64,000 nt of DNA from Bacteroidia bacterium. Its GTDB lineage: Bacteria; Bacteroidota; Bacteroidia; M30B66. The translations under genes and the position numbers were made by a program. The notes under the pieces are model-generated. The model saw nothing but the letters and a program-made list of their open reading frames with translations, was not told the DNA's origin and searched no databases. Shown here piece by piece: positions 9,321 to 18,955 of this stretch; positions within the stretch are counted from its first letter, which is position 1, and each line of letters begins with the position of its first letter. Where the stretch lies: NCBI GenBank assembly GCA_019695235.1, contig JAIBAI010000008.1, positions 2,607 to 66,606 of the forward strand, written 5' to 3'.

Positions 9321-10760
9321 ATGCAGAAAACCTTCATCCAAAACCTGATACTGCTGCTGACGCTTAATCTACTGATAAAGCCGTTTTGGGTATTTGGTAT
9401 TGAAGCCGAGGTTCAGCGCCAGGTAGGAACTGAGAGTTATGGCTTGTATTTCGCGCTATTTAACTTTTCATTCTTATTGAATATTCTGCTTGATTTTGGT
9501 ATTACCAATTTCAACAACAAAAACATTGCGCAAAACAACCACCTGATTACCAAGCACTTTTCGAGCATTTTGTTTTTAAAGTTGTTACTGGGTTGCATTT
9601 TCATGCTGGTTACCATGATAATTGGGTTTACTGTTGGGTACAATAAGAAAGAACTGGGTTTACTGGCCATGATGGGCTTCAACCAATTTCTTTCATTCAT
9701 GATTATGTACCTGCGATCAAATCTGGCCGGATTGCACCTATTTAAGACCGACAGTATCATATCTGTATTAGACCGGAGCCTGATGATTATTTTATGCGGA
9801 GCCGTCTTGTGGGGTCACGTATTGGATGAACCAATGACTATCGAATTGTTTGTATATACCCAAACACTTTCATACTTAATTGCTACCGGCATTACCCTGG
9901 CTATTGTTATCAGAAAGGCACACTTTAAACGGCTCAAATGGAATTATCCTTTTTTTCTGCTAATTCTTAAGAAGAGTTTCCCGTATGCGATTCTGGTGCT
10001 GTTGATGACATTTTATAACCGGATAGATGCGGTGATGCTTGAGCGTATGTTACCTGACGGCAAGTTAGAGAGCGGATTATATGCGGCAGCGTATCGCGTT
10101 CTTGACTCGGCAAATATGTTCTCGTTCCTGTTTGCCGGATTATTACTTCCGATGTTTTCAAGGATGCTTCGCTTTAAAGAACCTGTGGAACACCTTGTGA
10201 AGCTGGCATTTACCATATTAATTACGCCTGCCGTGATTGCTGTATGTGCAGCATTATTTTTCAGTCAGGAAATTATGGGGCTACTGTACAATGCCCATGT
10301 TGATGAATCTGCTGCGGTTTTTCGCATCATCATGGGTTGCTTTATTGCCTCTTCGCTTACCTATATTTTTGGTACCCTGTTGACCGCCAATGGCAACCTT
10401 AGGCAACTCAATGTTCTGGCAGCTTCAGGCATGGCAATTAACCTGCTTCTTAATCTCATTCTTATTCCAAGATTCCATGCCACCGGAGCAGCTTTTTCAA
10501 GTCTTATCACCCAAAGCACCTCTGCTATACTTCAAATGCTATTGGCACAAAAACTTTTTGGGTTCAGGATTAACAAACGCTTAATCGCACAAGTAACTGT
10601 TTTCATTCCTGCATGTTTGCTTATCGCATGGCTCTGCAGTAATCTATTCGACAATTGGGTATCAGGCTTTTTTCTGCTTGTTTTCCTGGGTACCGGGCTG
10701 GCATTTTCTATTGGCCTGTTGCATATTAAGTCAATCTATCGCATTTTAAAATACGGATAA
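9321..10760 (+). CDS. Wzx-like polysaccharide/oligosaccharide flippase (MATE-like polysaccharide biosynthesis protein)
   Basis: 479 aa with about 12-14 TM helices. Its N-terminal pattern (K P F W V F G I E A E V ...) is typical of the Bacteroidetes polysaccharide biosynthesis family. Confidence 0.65.
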   Translation: MQKTFIQNLILLLTLNLLIKPFWVFGIEAEVQRQVGTESYGLYFALFNFSFLLNILLDFGITNFNNKNIAQNNHLITKHFSSILFLKLLLGCIFMLVTMIIGFTVGYNKKELGLLAMMGFNQFLSFMIMYLRSNLAGLHLFKTDSIISVLDRSLMIILCGAVLWGHVLDEPMTIELFVYTQTLSYLIATGITLAIVIRKAHFKRLKWNYPFFLLILKKSFPYAILVLLMTFYNRIDAVMLERMLPDGKLESGLYAAAYRVLDSANMFSFLFAGLLLPMFSRMLRFKEPVEHLVKLAFTILITPAVIAVCAALFFSQEIMGLLYNAHVDESAAVFRIIMGCFIASSLTYIFGTLLTANGNLRQLNVLAASGMAINLLLNLILIPRFHATGAAFSSLITQSTSAILQMLLAQKLFGFRINKRLIAQVTVFIPACLLIAWLCSNLFDNWVSGFFLLVFLGTGLAFSIGLLHIKSIYRILKYG

Positions 10761-10773
10761 ACCATTCGCATCT

Positions 10774-11817
10774 ATGGAAACTCCCAATGAAAAAAGTCTC
10801 TTTGATTCAACACAATTGCTGTTGTTTATATGGACAAAACGTAAGATAATACTCATTGCCACCGCCATTTCAATGGTAGGTTCAATTGTGTTTTCTTCAC
10901 CCTTTTTCATAAAACCCAAGTTTCGTTCTTCGGTTATTTTATTTCCAACAACCAACAGCTCAATTTCTCGCTCTCTTTTAAGTGAAGCTACATTTGAGAA
11001 TGAGAACATCATGCAGTTTGGAGCAGAAGAGCAGGTTGAACAAATGATGCAGATTCTGCATTCTGACGAAGTAAGAGACCGGGTTATAAAGAAATACAAC
11101 CTGATGGATCACTACCGTATCAATCCAAATAGTACGTACCCACGTACAGAATTGAACCGGAAGATTGATGAAAACATTTCATTCAGTCGTACAGAGTATT
11201 TATCAGTTCGTATTGATGTTATGGACGAAGACCCTCAGATGGCTGCAAACATTGCCAATACCATTGGTGATCTACTTGACTCTGTAAAGACACGCATGCA
11301 GCAAGATCGGGCAAAAAAGGCACTTGCCATTGTTGAGAAAGAGTATTTTGATTTTCTGCACTACATGAATGCACGTGAGGATACCCTCAATAAACTTAGG
11401 ATGTTAGGGGTATTAAACTATGATGCACAGGTTGAACGTTTGAGCGAAGCCTATGGTAAAGCGGTAATGGCAGGCAATGCATCAGCCACAAAAATCATTG
11501 AGGATAAGATGAATATCCTGGTGCAATATGGTGGTATTTATACCGCAATTATTCAAGACATGGAACATGACCGGTTAGCCTTAAGCCGTTTGAAAACGAA
11601 ATACGAAGAAGCAAAAGTGGATGCCAGTCAGGAGCTGCCAAATAAGTTTGTTGTGAACGTTGCAACACCTGCTGAAAAGAAGGCCTATCCTGTGCGATGG
11701 CTTATCGTGGTGGTATCTACGCTTGGAGCCTTCCTGCTCTCAATTATTGCTGTTATCCTGCTCGAAAACTTAAATAGAATAAGGTTTGCCAGGTATTCTG
11801 AATCAACGCACCAGTAA
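10774..11817 (+). CDS. Wzz-like polysaccharide chain-length determinant
   Basis: N-terminal TM (IILIATAISMVGSIVF), large soluble coiled-coil region, and C-terminal TM (WLIVVVSTLGAFLLSIIAVILL). This is the Wzz topology. Confidence 0.5.
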   Translation: METPNEKSLFDSTQLLLFIWTKRKIILIATAISMVGSIVFSSPFFIKPKFRSSVILFPTTNSSISRSLLSEATFENENIMQFGAEEQVEQMMQILHSDEVRDRVIKKYNLMDHYRINPNSTYPRTELNRKIDENISFSRTEYLSVRIDVMDEDPQMAANIANTIGDLLDSVKTRMQQDRAKKALAIVEKEYFDFLHYMNAREDTLNKLRMLGVLNYDAQVERLSEAYGKAVMAGNASATKIIEDKMNILVQYGGIYTAIIQDMEHDRLALSRLKTKYEEAKVDASQELPNKFVVNVATPAEKKAYPVRWLIVVVSTLGAFLLSIIAVILLENLNRIRFARYSESTHQ

Positions 11818-13237
11818 ATGGTTTGAGCGCTGGTTCTTATTGATAACCGGCCTCTTTATTGTTGCCAACAGTCTGCTGATTTGGCAGGGGATTTTTTATT
11901 TCTCTGCGCTGCCGCTTGTTGTTCTCATCTTGTTGGCCGCTCTGTTTGCACTCGACAAACTGGTATATTTTATTGTATTTTTTGTACCCTTCTCCCTCAC
12001 GCTCGAATTCAGTGAATACGCGGCTTTGTCGGTACCCAGCGAGCCGCTTTTATTTGGGGTATTGCTCATTTTTATTTTCCGGATAGTTTACGCAGGAGGG
12101 TTTGACCGACAGGTGACCCGGCACCCCATTACAGTTCTTATTTTACTCTACCTCGCGTGGATGGTGATAACCTCCCTGACCAGTACGATGCCAATGGTAT
12201 CATTGAAATATACCTTAGCCCGTATCTGGTTTATGGTGAGCTTCTACTTTATCGCAACGCAGGTATTCAGGTCGGCAAAAAATATTCGCTTTTGGATTTG
12301 GCTGTTTACTGTTCCGCTTTCTATCGTAATCATTTACTCTATCGTCCAGTTTTTTAATTACAACATTGACAAAAATGCGCTGTACTGGGTAATGCAGCCG
12401 TTTTTCAAAGACCATACCATTTATGGTGCAGTAATTGCCATGATGCTTCCGGTGATGATAGTTTTCAGTTTTGACAAATCGTATCTTCCCAAATACAGAT
12501 TAATTTCAGGGGCTTTTTTCATAATCATTTTTGCCGGAATTGTTGTTTCTTATACACGGGCTGCATGGTTAAGTATTGTTGCCGCTTGGGGTGTTTACCT
12601 GCTGTTTCGTTATAGAATAAGCTGGAAATTGATTTTAGCTGCATTTGTACTGGGCATGGTGCTGCTTTTTCAATATCAGCATGAAATAATGTTGCGCATT
12701 GGCCAAAACCGTCAAAGTTCTTCAAAAGACCTTGCTGAGCATTTGCAATCTGTTTCAAATATTCGAAACGATGCATCCAACCTTGAACGCATTAACCGCT
12801 GGAGCTCGGCCATTAGGATGTTTAAAGATAAGCCTGTTCTCGGATTTGGTCCGGGAACATATCGCTTTCAATATGCCCCCTATCAGCGCTCTTATGAGCA
12901 AACCTATGTAAGTACAAATTCGGGTTCGCTCGGAAATGCACACAGCGAATATCTGGGGCCCCTTTCTGAGATGGGATTTCCGGGACTGTTGCTCTTTCTG
13001 TTGATTATTGCTTATACTATCTACTGTGCCTCAAGGGTGTACAATGCAAACCGTGGGAAACCTAATGGCTATTTGGTTATTGGCATATTAATGGGTCTTA
13101 TGACTTATTTCTTTCATGGAATCCTGAATAATTTCCTTGATCAGGACAAGGCTGCATTGCCTTTCTGGTCAATGATAGCCATGATTGTTGCACTCGACGT
13201 TTACCATCGCCACCCTGCGCAAGAAAAGCAGGTTTGA
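11786..13237 (+). CDS. O-antigen ligase/polymerase family membrane protein (WaaL/Wzy-like)
   Basis: Multi-TM protein with a large loop and YTRAAWLS-like motif region. Start is uncertain (TTG at 11786 overlaps the previous gene by 32 nt; no in-frame ATG before the first TM helix). Confidence 0.55.
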   Translation: MPGILNQRTSKWFERWFLLITGLFIVANSLLIWQGIFYFSALPLVVLILLAALFALDKLVYFIVFFVPFSLTLEFSEYAALSVPSEPLLFGVLLIFIFRIVYAGGFDRQVTRHPITVLILLYLAWMVITSLTSTMPMVSLKYTLARIWFMVSFYFIATQVFRSAKNIRFWIWLFTVPLSIVIIYSIVQFFNYNIDKNALYWVMQPFFKDHTIYGAVIAMMLPVMIVFSFDKSYLPKYRLISGAFFIIIFAGIVVSYTRAAWLSIVAAWGVYLLFRYRISWKLILAAFVLGMVLLFQYQHEIMLRIGQNRQSSSKDLAEHLQSVSNIRNDASNLERINRWSSAIRMFKDKPVLGFGPGTYRFQYAPYQRSYEQTYVSTNSGSLGNAHSEYLGPLSEMGFPGLLLFLLIIAYTIYCASRVYNANRGKPNGYLVIGILMGLMTYFFHGILNNFLDQDKAALPFWSMIAMIVALDVYHRHPAQEKQV

Positions 13238-13514
13238 ATTTTCTAACAGACAAAATAGCGGCCCTTATGTGATAGGGCATGTTTGTAAAAGCTTGTACGA
13301 AAGGGACATTCACTCCTCCGGATACAAGTAAGTAGTAAATTCTTACACGAAATTTACTTCTGTTTTGAGTCGTTTTTCGGTGATTCTGCCAGCGGCATCG
13401 CCACCTGCGGTATCACGTCTGTGTTAAATCTTACATCTGTAACCTGTAGCTGCTTTAAGGCAAAGCCAAAGGCAACCGATGATTGAAATTTGTCGTTGAG
13501 CAAATAAAAAATAC

Positions 13515-14021
13515 ATGACTCAGACCTCTACACACAAATTTACCGGGCTTTTTCCACTACTTATTGGTACTTTAATGTTGCTTGCTATTGTGCAGCAAAG
13601 CTCAGCACAGACAACACATACCTTTAAGGTAGAAAGCCCGAGCCAGGCACAACCGTTGGTAAAAGACTCGGTAGATAATTTCTTGTCATTTGCCCCAGTG
13701 TTCGCAGATGGCAAAACATTCCTGCGTTGGCTGGTAGAAAACGACCAAAAAGATGGTGTGTTTATTATTGAACGTTCAACTGACGGAAGCACCTTCGAAG
13801 CCCTTGGTTTCAAAGACAGAGTAGGTACCGACAAAAAGGTTAACCTGTTTTATTCGTATGTCGACAGTGAACCTCCTGCGGGTTATGCTCACTATAGGAT
13901 TATGCAGGTTGGTACAGACCGTAGTTTTAATTATTCATCTATTGAGCGTGTAAAGACTGGTCCTGCGTCAAATTCGGGTGGGAACGCTATCAATAGCGAA
14001 GAAAATAAGGAAGCAAAATAA
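13515..14021 (+). CDS. Small secreted protein (signal peptide plus about 90-aa beta-module), cassette 1
   Basis: Signal peptide ...AIVQQSSAQ. Module VDNFLSFAPVFADGKTFLRWLVENDQKDGVFIIERSTDGSTFEALGFKDRVG...YRIMQVG. Paralogs at 16031 and 18433. Confidence 0.65.
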   Translation: MTQTSTHKFTGLFPLLIGTLMLLAIVQQSSAQTTHTFKVESPSQAQPLVKDSVDNFLSFAPVFADGKTFLRWLVENDQKDGVFIIERSTDGSTFEALGFKDRVGTDKKVNLFYSYVDSEPPAGYAHYRIMQVGTDRSFNYSSIERVKTGPASNSGGNAINSEENKEAK

Positions 14022-14033
14022 TCCCTTTCAAAC

Positions 14034-15749
14034 ATGAAAAAACGTCAGGAAATAAGGCGAAAGATTCAGCTCAACCAAAGGGTACTATTAAAACGCCTTC
14101 CGGTTTATATACTGCTGGGGCTGACTGGAGTTGCGCTATGGTTCACCTACCTATTTACAATCAATGGTGTTAAAAGCTATGGCGCTATAACAGCCGATAC
14201 CACACAGTCGAACCTGCTTAACGTAACAATTAACCGGGATTTTCCTGTTCAGTCATTGCAAAATGATCTGGTTCCATTTTTGATATGCTATACCCATGAA
14301 GAGCTTCGGCACACCGATCAGGGTGGCAAAGTAATCAGCCGTGATGGTGCTGATATTCATTTTTTTGGTTTTGATAAGTCTCCGCTGGTTTATGAAATCG
14401 AACGCTATGAGCCTTTCACAGGCAGGGTTTGGGCTTGGGTTCACCTGAATCATGAGCTGGCAAAACAAGGCAAAATATTTATTGGCTATGGAGAAGCTTC
14501 TGATGAAATGCTTACCGGTTTTGGGTACCCCTACTTCTCGGTTTGGCACCTCAATGGAGGTTTTCAGTCTTCTGCTGCCTATCCACTTGCAGGAGAATAC
14601 CGGATGATAAAAGATGGTGAGGGGAAGATTTGTGGAGCAAAAGAATTCAACGCTTCAAGCCAGGCATCCATTTCTTTTGACCGGCCTGTTTCGTTTCCAA
14701 CGCATGGAAATATACAGGTGTCGGCTTGGTTTAAACCAAACACTACCGGAGATGTACAATATCTTTTTACCGACAAGAACAATAAAGGAGGTATAAGTCT
14801 TTTTATTGACCGGAATAATCGTCCTGCTTTTGAACTTTATAAAGGAAGTAAAAAACAAAGTGTCAAGGGTTCAACACCAATCTCTGCTGGTGTATGGTAT
14901 AAGTTTACAGCCGGTATTGACACCATAAAACAACAACTTTATATCTATGTCAACAATCAATTGGTAGGTGTAAGCCAAACCAACTGGTCGTACCAAAATG
15001 GCGGGAGGTTGGTAATTGGTGCTGTATCTGAGCGCTGCCACAGCTTCCTCGACGGAACACTTGATGAATTGCGTGTGTCTTCTTTGGGTAATGATTCTTT
15101 GCTAATTGGTTCCCAATTCCTATGTGAAAACAATCCACAATATCTGCTTGGTTCATCTGCACTTGTTTCTGAAAAGAAAGAAGGTGCAAAAATTTCAGAT
15201 CTTGAAGCTGAGGCAAAAAACGAGTACGTGGCAGTACGTTGGTTTAGTGAGAACGAACACCTCGCCGAATATTATATGCTTGAAAGAGCTTCCGGCAAAG
15301 ACTCATTCAGAACCATTCAAACCTGTGAGGTAAGAAGTAACAGTGGCACTGGTGGTCAAAATTATGTTCTTCTTGATAAAGAACCCCTCCAGGGCGAATC
15401 TGTTTACCGCATCAGTACTTTTGGTCGGGCAGGAAAACAAACTCCTGAGCTAACCGCAAAAGTATTTTTCAGCAATTCAGGAAACCCGATTTCAATCCGG
15501 CAAGTATCACCTAACCCGTTTAAAAGCAGGTTTGATGTGAGTTTCAGCACACAAACCAAAGAAGCGGTACAAATAAGTCTGACGAGTATGAGTGGTGAAA
15601 CCGTACATAAATCTGCATTTACGCCAGAAGAAACAGGGGATCAACTTTTCCACTTCAATGGTTCAGATAAGCTGTCTCCGGGCGTTTATTTTCTCAATCT
15701 CAGGCAGTCTGACTACCAGCGCACACTTAAGTTGGTTAAAAGAGGATAA
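14034..15749 (+). CDS. N-anchored/secreted protein with DUF2341-like N-domain, LamG-like jellyroll, beta-module and T9SS C-terminal sorting domain (cassette 1)
   Basis: N-terminal basic region plus hydrophobic segment. GGKVISRDGADIHFFGF...YEIERYEP.TGRVWAWV. LamG signature LDGTLDELRVSS. Module VAVRWFSENEHLAEYYMLERAS.KDSF. T9SS CTD ...PGVYFLNLRQSDYQRTLKLVKRG. Confidence 0.7.
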   Translation: MKKRQEIRRKIQLNQRVLLKRLPVYILLGLTGVALWFTYLFTINGVKSYGAITADTTQSNLLNVTINRDFPVQSLQNDLVPFLICYTHEELRHTDQGGKVISRDGADIHFFGFDKSPLVYEIERYEPFTGRVWAWVHLNHELAKQGKIFIGYGEASDEMLTGFGYPYFSVWHLNGGFQSSAAYPLAGEYRMIKDGEGKICGAKEFNASSQASISFDRPVSFPTHGNIQVSAWFKPNTTGDVQYLFTDKNNKGGISLFIDRNNRPAFELYKGSKKQSVKGSTPISAGVWYKFTAGIDTIKQQLYIYVNNQLVGVSQTNWSYQNGGRLVIGAVSERCHSFLDGTLDELRVSSLGNDSLLIGSQFLCENNPQYLLGSSALVSEKKEGAKISDLEAEAKNEYVAVRWFSENEHLAEYYMLERASGKDSFRTIQTCEVRSNSGTGGQNYVLLDKEPLQGESVYRISTFGRAGKQTPELTAKVFFSNSGNPISIRQVSPNPFKSRFDVSFSTQTKEAVQISLTSMSGETVHKSAFTPEETGDQLFHFNGSDKLSPGVYFLNLRQSDYQRTLKLVKRG

Positions 15750-16030
15750 TATCATCCTTTTATATTCAATAAAAACATGTTGAATGCATTAATCCTGACA
15801 GGGCTAATGCATTTTTTAATTGTACAAAATTGAAATTTAGTTTAAGTGCAAATTCTTTCACACATAATTTCTGGGTGTTTTCACAAAACTCTTGTAAATA
15901 AAGGGTTTCAGCGTATGAAAACAAGGATTAGCCAAAAATCTTACATCTGCAAGAAAGTAAACAGCAAGGCAAGAAACAGGTATAACTGTAGCCTGGAGTT
16001 TACGTAACAGAAGCCATCAACCTTTTGAAC

Positions 16031-16507
16031 ATGAAACGGATTTATTTTAGTTTAGTACTGGCCGCCGGAATGGTTGCCTTCGCATCTTCAGATTTGAATG
16101 CGCAACAGGTATCAGCCACGAGCACCTCGATGCTTGGCAAGGGTAACCTTGTGCCGGATTCTGTAGATAATTTCATCTCCTTCTCACCGGTGTATATGGA
16201 GGGTAAAACCTATGTACGCTGGCTGGTAAAAAACGATCGTAAAGACGGTGTTTTCATTGTTGAGCGTTCTGGTGATGGTGCAGAATTTGAAGCCATGGGT
16301 TTTCGTGATCGCGTAGGCACTCAGCTTTCAGTAAATCTCTTCTATTCTTATGTAGATGAAGAACCACTGGCAGGCTATAATCATTACCGGATTTTACAGG
16401 TAGGAGCCGACAACACTTACCGCTACAGCCCTGTAGTTAAGGTAAAAACAAACATTCCTGAACGTCAGGCTGGCTCTGTTGCTATTGACCAACCTGAATC
16501 AAAATAA
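16031..16507 (+). CDS. Small secreted beta-module protein, cassette 2
   Basis: Signal peptide ...FASSDLNAQQ. Module KTYVRWLVKNDRKDGVFIVERSGDGAEFEAMGFRDRVG...YRILQVG. Confidence 0.65.
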   Translation: MKRIYFSLVLAAGMVAFASSDLNAQQVSATSTSMLGKGNLVPDSVDNFISFSPVYMEGKTYVRWLVKNDRKDGVFIVERSGDGAEFEAMGFRDRVGTQLSVNLFYSYVDEEPLAGYNHYRILQVGADNTYRYSPVVKVKTNIPERQAGSVAIDQPESK

Positions 16508-16544
16508 TCAGAAGGCACCTCCCTTTCTTAACAACATTTCATTT

Positions 16545-18317
16545 ATGAAGAAGAACTCTACACGCCTCGCACCCAAAACCAAAGTAAAGGTCAGCCTCCG
16601 GAACCGCTTACGGTATGTGACAATTGCCGGTGCTTTTGCCTTTGGTATTTTTTCAGTCACTATGGTGTACAACTCTTTGATTAACACTGAGGAGAGCCGC
16701 GCCAACAACCGTTTCAACGGTATGGAAACTTTGGCTGAATTCAAATTCAGAAAGCAATTGGTGCTCAACCAGGAATTGATCCCTGAAAACACTTTATTAC
16801 AAGATTTCCCCGTGATGGTTGCTTTGGCCGATCCGGATTTGAAATCTGCATCCAATGGCGGGAAAGTTCTCAGTGAAAAGGGTTTCGACATCCGTTTCAC
16901 CAAAGCCGATGGTGTTAGTTTACTTGAATACGAGATTGAAAAATACAATCCGGCAACAGGCGAATTAGTTGCCTGGGTGAACATGGACACCCTCAGCAGA
17001 GGTATTTCACGCCATGTTTATATGTATTTCAGCAATAAGTTTTCTGCTGATGAAAGCAGCCAGAATACTTGGAATAAGACTTACAAAGGTGTGTGGCATT
17101 TGAGAGGAATTCTCAGCTCAAAAACACCTTTCTCGACCCAGGTTGCCCAGAAAGCTGTAACACCAGTAACGCAGGATAAAGATGTATATGTTGCAGCTGA
17201 AAAGAATTCAAGCCGCTACCCTTGTCTGAATACCCCTGAGGATGTTGATATTACTGGCGACTTGAGCGTGTCTGCCTGGGTGTATATCACAGGAAGCAAA
17301 GAAATGACAATTCTTTCGAACCAGAACGGTTTTAACGGTGGCTATCGTCTTTCACTCAACAAGAATCAAAAACTCGAATTGTCGGTGAGTAACGAAAATG
17401 CTGAATCCGCTGCTATCAAAGGTAGCTCTGATGGCACCACACTCGAGAAAAACAAATGGTATCATGTTGCAGCGGTGTATTCTGACCGTGGTGATTCTAT
17501 GTGTACTTATGTAAATGGCAAGCGTGATCGCTTTCTTACAACATACGTAAGCATGGCGGGAAGCAGCAGCCCCCTTCAAATAGGCAGAGAACCCTCTAAG
17601 AAAATTTTCTACTTCGGTGGACAAATAGAGGAGGTACATGTCCGCAATGTGGTGATGAACAATCACTGGATTCAAACAGAATACGTCAATCAAAATAATC
17701 CGATGGAATTCATTAAACCGGGCATGACTGAAAATATCACCCAGCAAATTTCAATGAGCCTTTTGACGCTTGATGCAGAAACACAAGGACAAACAGTTGA
17801 GTTGAAATGGCTTACTGTAAACGAGAACAACAATGAACTTTTCACCATTGAACGTTCTACCGACGGGCTTACCTATGAAGTAATCGGCACCAAACCAGGA
17901 GCAGGGAACAGCATAGAAGTGTTAAGTTATCGTTTCAGAGACGAGAAACCGGTGGTAGGGAAAAACTTCTACCGTGTTAAATTAACCGACACGCAGGGAA
18001 ACAACGAATTTTCAATGATTACTCCGGCCAGCGTGGAAGCGATGGGCGAGGATAAAATTCAAATTGCCTCAGCGCAACCCAATCCATTCAATAAAGATTT
18101 CATGGTTGAATACCGGGTTCCAAAAACCGGAATGGCCAAAGTAAAACTTACAAGTGTTAAGGGAGATGTATTGCATGAGCAGGAAGTTGCCTGCGAAAAA
18201 TCAAAAGCTCAACACTTCCAGTACAAGGATGATGCCGGTATCCGTGCCGGTGTTTATTTCCTCACAATAGCACAGGAAACCGAATCCAAGACTATCAAAC
18301 TAATCAAGAAGCTGTAA
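16545..18317 (+). CDS. DUF2341-like/LamG-like protein with T9SS C-terminal domain, cassette 2
   Basis: ATG at 16545 (MKKNSTRLAPKTK) by analogy with its paralogs. GGKVLSEKGFDIRFTKADG..LEYEIEKYNPATGELVAWV. LamG GGQIEEVHVRNV. Module VELKWLTVNENNNELFTIERSTDGLTYE. CTD GVYFLTIAQETESKTIKLIKKL. Confidence 0.7.
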   Translation: MKKNSTRLAPKTKVKVSLRNRLRYVTIAGAFAFGIFSVTMVYNSLINTEESRANNRFNGMETLAEFKFRKQLVLNQELIPENTLLQDFPVMVALADPDLKSASNGGKVLSEKGFDIRFTKADGVSLLEYEIEKYNPATGELVAWVNMDTLSRGISRHVYMYFSNKFSADESSQNTWNKTYKGVWHLRGILSSKTPFSTQVAQKAVTPVTQDKDVYVAAEKNSSRYPCLNTPEDVDITGDLSVSAWVYITGSKEMTILSNQNGFNGGYRLSLNKNQKLELSVSNENAESAAIKGSSDGTTLEKNKWYHVAAVYSDRGDSMCTYVNGKRDRFLTTYVSMAGSSSPLQIGREPSKKIFYFGGQIEEVHVRNVVMNNHWIQTEYVNQNNPMEFIKPGMTENITQQISMSLLTLDAETQGQTVELKWLTVNENNNELFTIERSTDGLTYEVIGTKPGAGNSIEVLSYRFRDEKPVVGKNFYRVKLTDTQGNNEFSMITPASVEAMGEDKIQIASAQPNPFNKDFMVEYRVPKTGMAKVKLTSVKGDVLHEQEVACEKSKAQHFQYKDDAGIRAGVYFLTIAQETESKTIKLIKKL

Positions 18318-18336
18318 CCTAACCGTTACTTTTTAA

Positions 18337-18370
18337 CCCCGCGAGGACTTGTTCTGAGCGGGGTTTTTTA
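18337..18370 (+). terminator. Rho-independent terminator
   Basis: CCCCGCgaggacttgttctgaGCGGGG followed by TTTTTT, directly after the stop at 18317. Confidence 0.7.
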
Positions 18371-18432
18371 ACGCAACGTTTACGCTTAAATCAAAAATGA
18401 ATTTTTCTCCCGTTTAACCTAACCCTATCCGT

Positions 18433-18918
18433 ATGAATTTCTGTCATAAATATTCACAGCGAAAAAAATTACTCATCCTTTCTGCACTGATAGGTTTGAT
18501 ATTAAGCGGTACGGGCGATGCCGCTGCTCAGCAACAATACGGTGCAGGCCTTGTAGGTTCAGCCCGCTTGTATCAGGAAGAAAGCAACAATATTGTTTCG
18601 TTTTCGCCCGTTTATGCCGAAGGGAAATCTTATATCCGATGGCTTGTACAAAATGATGAAAAAGACGGCATCTTCATTGTGGAGCGTTCTTCTGACGGCA
18701 TTCTTTTCGAAGCGCTCGGCTTTAAAGACCGGATTGGTTCATCACTTTGTGTAAACCTTTTTTATTCGCTAACCGATGAAACCCCTTTTCCGGGCACCAC
18801 ATGGTATCGTATCATGGCTGTTAGTACCGACCAAACCTATTCATACAGTTCAGTGGTACGTGTGAAAACCCAGGCGGCGAAAGAACCCGGAAACGGAAAT
18901 ACCGTATTAGGAGAATAA
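18433..18918 (+). CDS. Small secreted beta-module protein, cassette 3
   Basis: Signal peptide ...GTGDAAAQQQ. Module KSYIRWLVQNDEKDGIFIVERSSDGILFEALGFKDRIG...YRIMAVS. Confidence 0.65.
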   Translation: MNFCHKYSQRKKLLILSALIGLILSGTGDAAAQQQYGAGLVGSARLYQEESNNIVSFSPVYAEGKSYIRWLVQNDEKDGIFIVERSSDGILFEALGFKDRIGSSLCVNLFYSLTDETPFPGTTWYRIMAVSTDQTYSYSSVVRVKTQAAKEPGNGNTVLGE

Positions 18919-18955
18919 GATTTCTCGTAAAACAAGAATAACCAGATAATCTATC

